32,000 nt of DNA from Halomicrobium mukohataei DSM 12286. GTDB taxonomy: Archaea; Halobacteriota; Halobacteria; Halobacteriales; Haloarculaceae. The position numbers and the translations under genes were made by a program. How positions within the stretch are numbered: position 1 is the stretch's first letter; every line of letters begins with the position of its first letter. The notes under the pieces were generated by a model, which saw only the letters and a list, made by a program, of their open reading frames with translations, was not told the DNA's origin and made no database searches. Location of the stretch: contig NC_013202.1 in NCBI RefSeq assembly GCF_000023965.1, forward strand, positions 2,160,001 through 2,192,000. The letters are read 5' to 3'. This document shows positions 31,422 through 32,000 of the stretch, piece after piece.

Positions 31422-32000
31422 ATGAAAGCTGTCGCAATCCGTCGCGGGAGCGACGAGCCAGAACTGATCGAGAAGCCACGGCCGGAGCCAAAACACGGCG
31501 AAGCGCTGGTTCGGACGCTCCGAGTCGGTGTCGACGGCACCGACCACGAGGTGTTGAGCGGGTCCCACGGCGGGTTCCCCGAGGGCGAGGACCACATGGT
31601 GATGGGCCACGAGGCCGTCGGGGTCGTCGAGGATCCCAACGGCACCGGCCTCGACGAGGGCCAGTACGTCGTTCCGACGGTCCGTCGGAAGCCCAACGGC
31701 GAGACAAACGAGTACTTCCGCCGCAACGAGCCGGACATGGCTCCCGACGGCGAGTACTTCGAACGCGGGATCGTCGGCGAGCACGGCTACATGTCCGAGT
31801 ACTTCACCAGTCCCGCGGACTTCCTGATCCCCATCGAGGCGGAGATCGCGCCGTACGGCATCTTCGTCGAACCGCTGTCGAACACGGAGAAGGCGCTGGA
31901 ACACGCTCGCGCGACCCGCTCTGCGTTCGACTGGTACCCCGAGTCGGCCGCCGTGCTGGGCAACGGTCCGCTCGGTCTGTTGACGCTGTGGCAGCTCACC
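31422..32000 (+). CDS. gdh: Glucose 1-dehydrogenase (zinc MDR family), 5' part; the CDS runs off the window end
   Basis: I translated this myself because it is absent from the ORF track: MKAVAIRRGSDEPELIEKPRPEPKHGEALVRTLRVGVDGTDHEV...GHEAVGVV...YFERGIVGEHGYMSEYF...EKALEHA...VLGNGPLGLL. From memory it is nearly collinear with Haloferax mediterranei GlcDH, including the Asp38/His63/Glu64-type zinc ligands. There are 193 codons with no stop. Confidence 0.9.
   Translation, partial: MKAVAIRRGSDEPELIEKPRPEPKHGEALVRTLRVGVDGTDHEVLSGSHGGFPEGEDHMVMGHEAVGVVEDPNGTGLDEGQYVVPTVRRKPNGETNEYFRRNEPDMAPDGEYFERGIVGEHGYMSEYFTSPADFLIPIEAEIAPYGIFVEPLSNTEKALEHARATRSAFDWYPESAAVLGNGPLGLLTLWQLT

Noticed and set aside
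1-32000. Defence systems, toxin-antitoxin pairs, integrases/transposases, provirus genes and CRISPR-cas
   Set aside because: I recognised no ORF with the corresponding motifs (nucleases, DDE or tyrosine recombinase signatures, Cas domains and so on). The only mobility evidence is indirect: the repeat scars and the AT-rich islet.

Overview
This is a high-GC (roughly two-thirds G+C by eye) haloarchaeal chromosomal window. The proteins are strongly acidic, and many genes look leaderless, with a TATA-like box about 25-35 nt before the ATG. The left third holds housekeeping and regulatory genes: an acidic wHTH regulator, archaeal PPAT, a single-cyclin TFB-like protein, tRNA-Leu(UAG) followed by duplicated tRNA 3' ends, an orphan membrane histidine kinase, a CobT-like UPF0284 protein, and diadenylate cyclase DacZ overlapping an MscS-like channel gene. 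A menaquinone block follows (menE-menC-menA, doxX, menB). Next comes a ~0.9 kb AT-rich islet carrying one Tat-lipoprotein gene and bordered by unusual repeats. The right half (12.8-32 kb) is one large sugar-utilisation locus. It contains an enolase-type sugar-acid dehydratase, a sensor-less MCP, a TIM-barrel 'sugar phosphate isomerase', AIM24, two Gfo/Idh/MocA oxidoreductases, an M24-fold protein that appears to lack metal ligands, a GH13 alpha-glucosidase, a GfcR-like HTH-PRT regulator, a TrmB regulator, a CUT1-type ABC importer with a tiny extra membrane ORF, and the 5' part of glucose 1-dehydrogenase (missing from the ORF track because it runs off the window). The most interesting signals are three. 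First, the unexplained oxidoreductase/TIM-barrel/M24-like/AIM24 module next to a conventional alpha-glucoside route. Second, a recurrent TTTACAAC-type TATA/operator box in front of most transcription units of that locus, including a near-identical 19-mer pair and an inverted copy upstream of gfcR. Third, repeat scars at tRNA-Leu and around the AT-rich islet that share a 13-mer. I saw no CRISPR array, transposase, integrase or recognisable defence or toxin system. All functional calls come from reading motifs by eye, not from searches.
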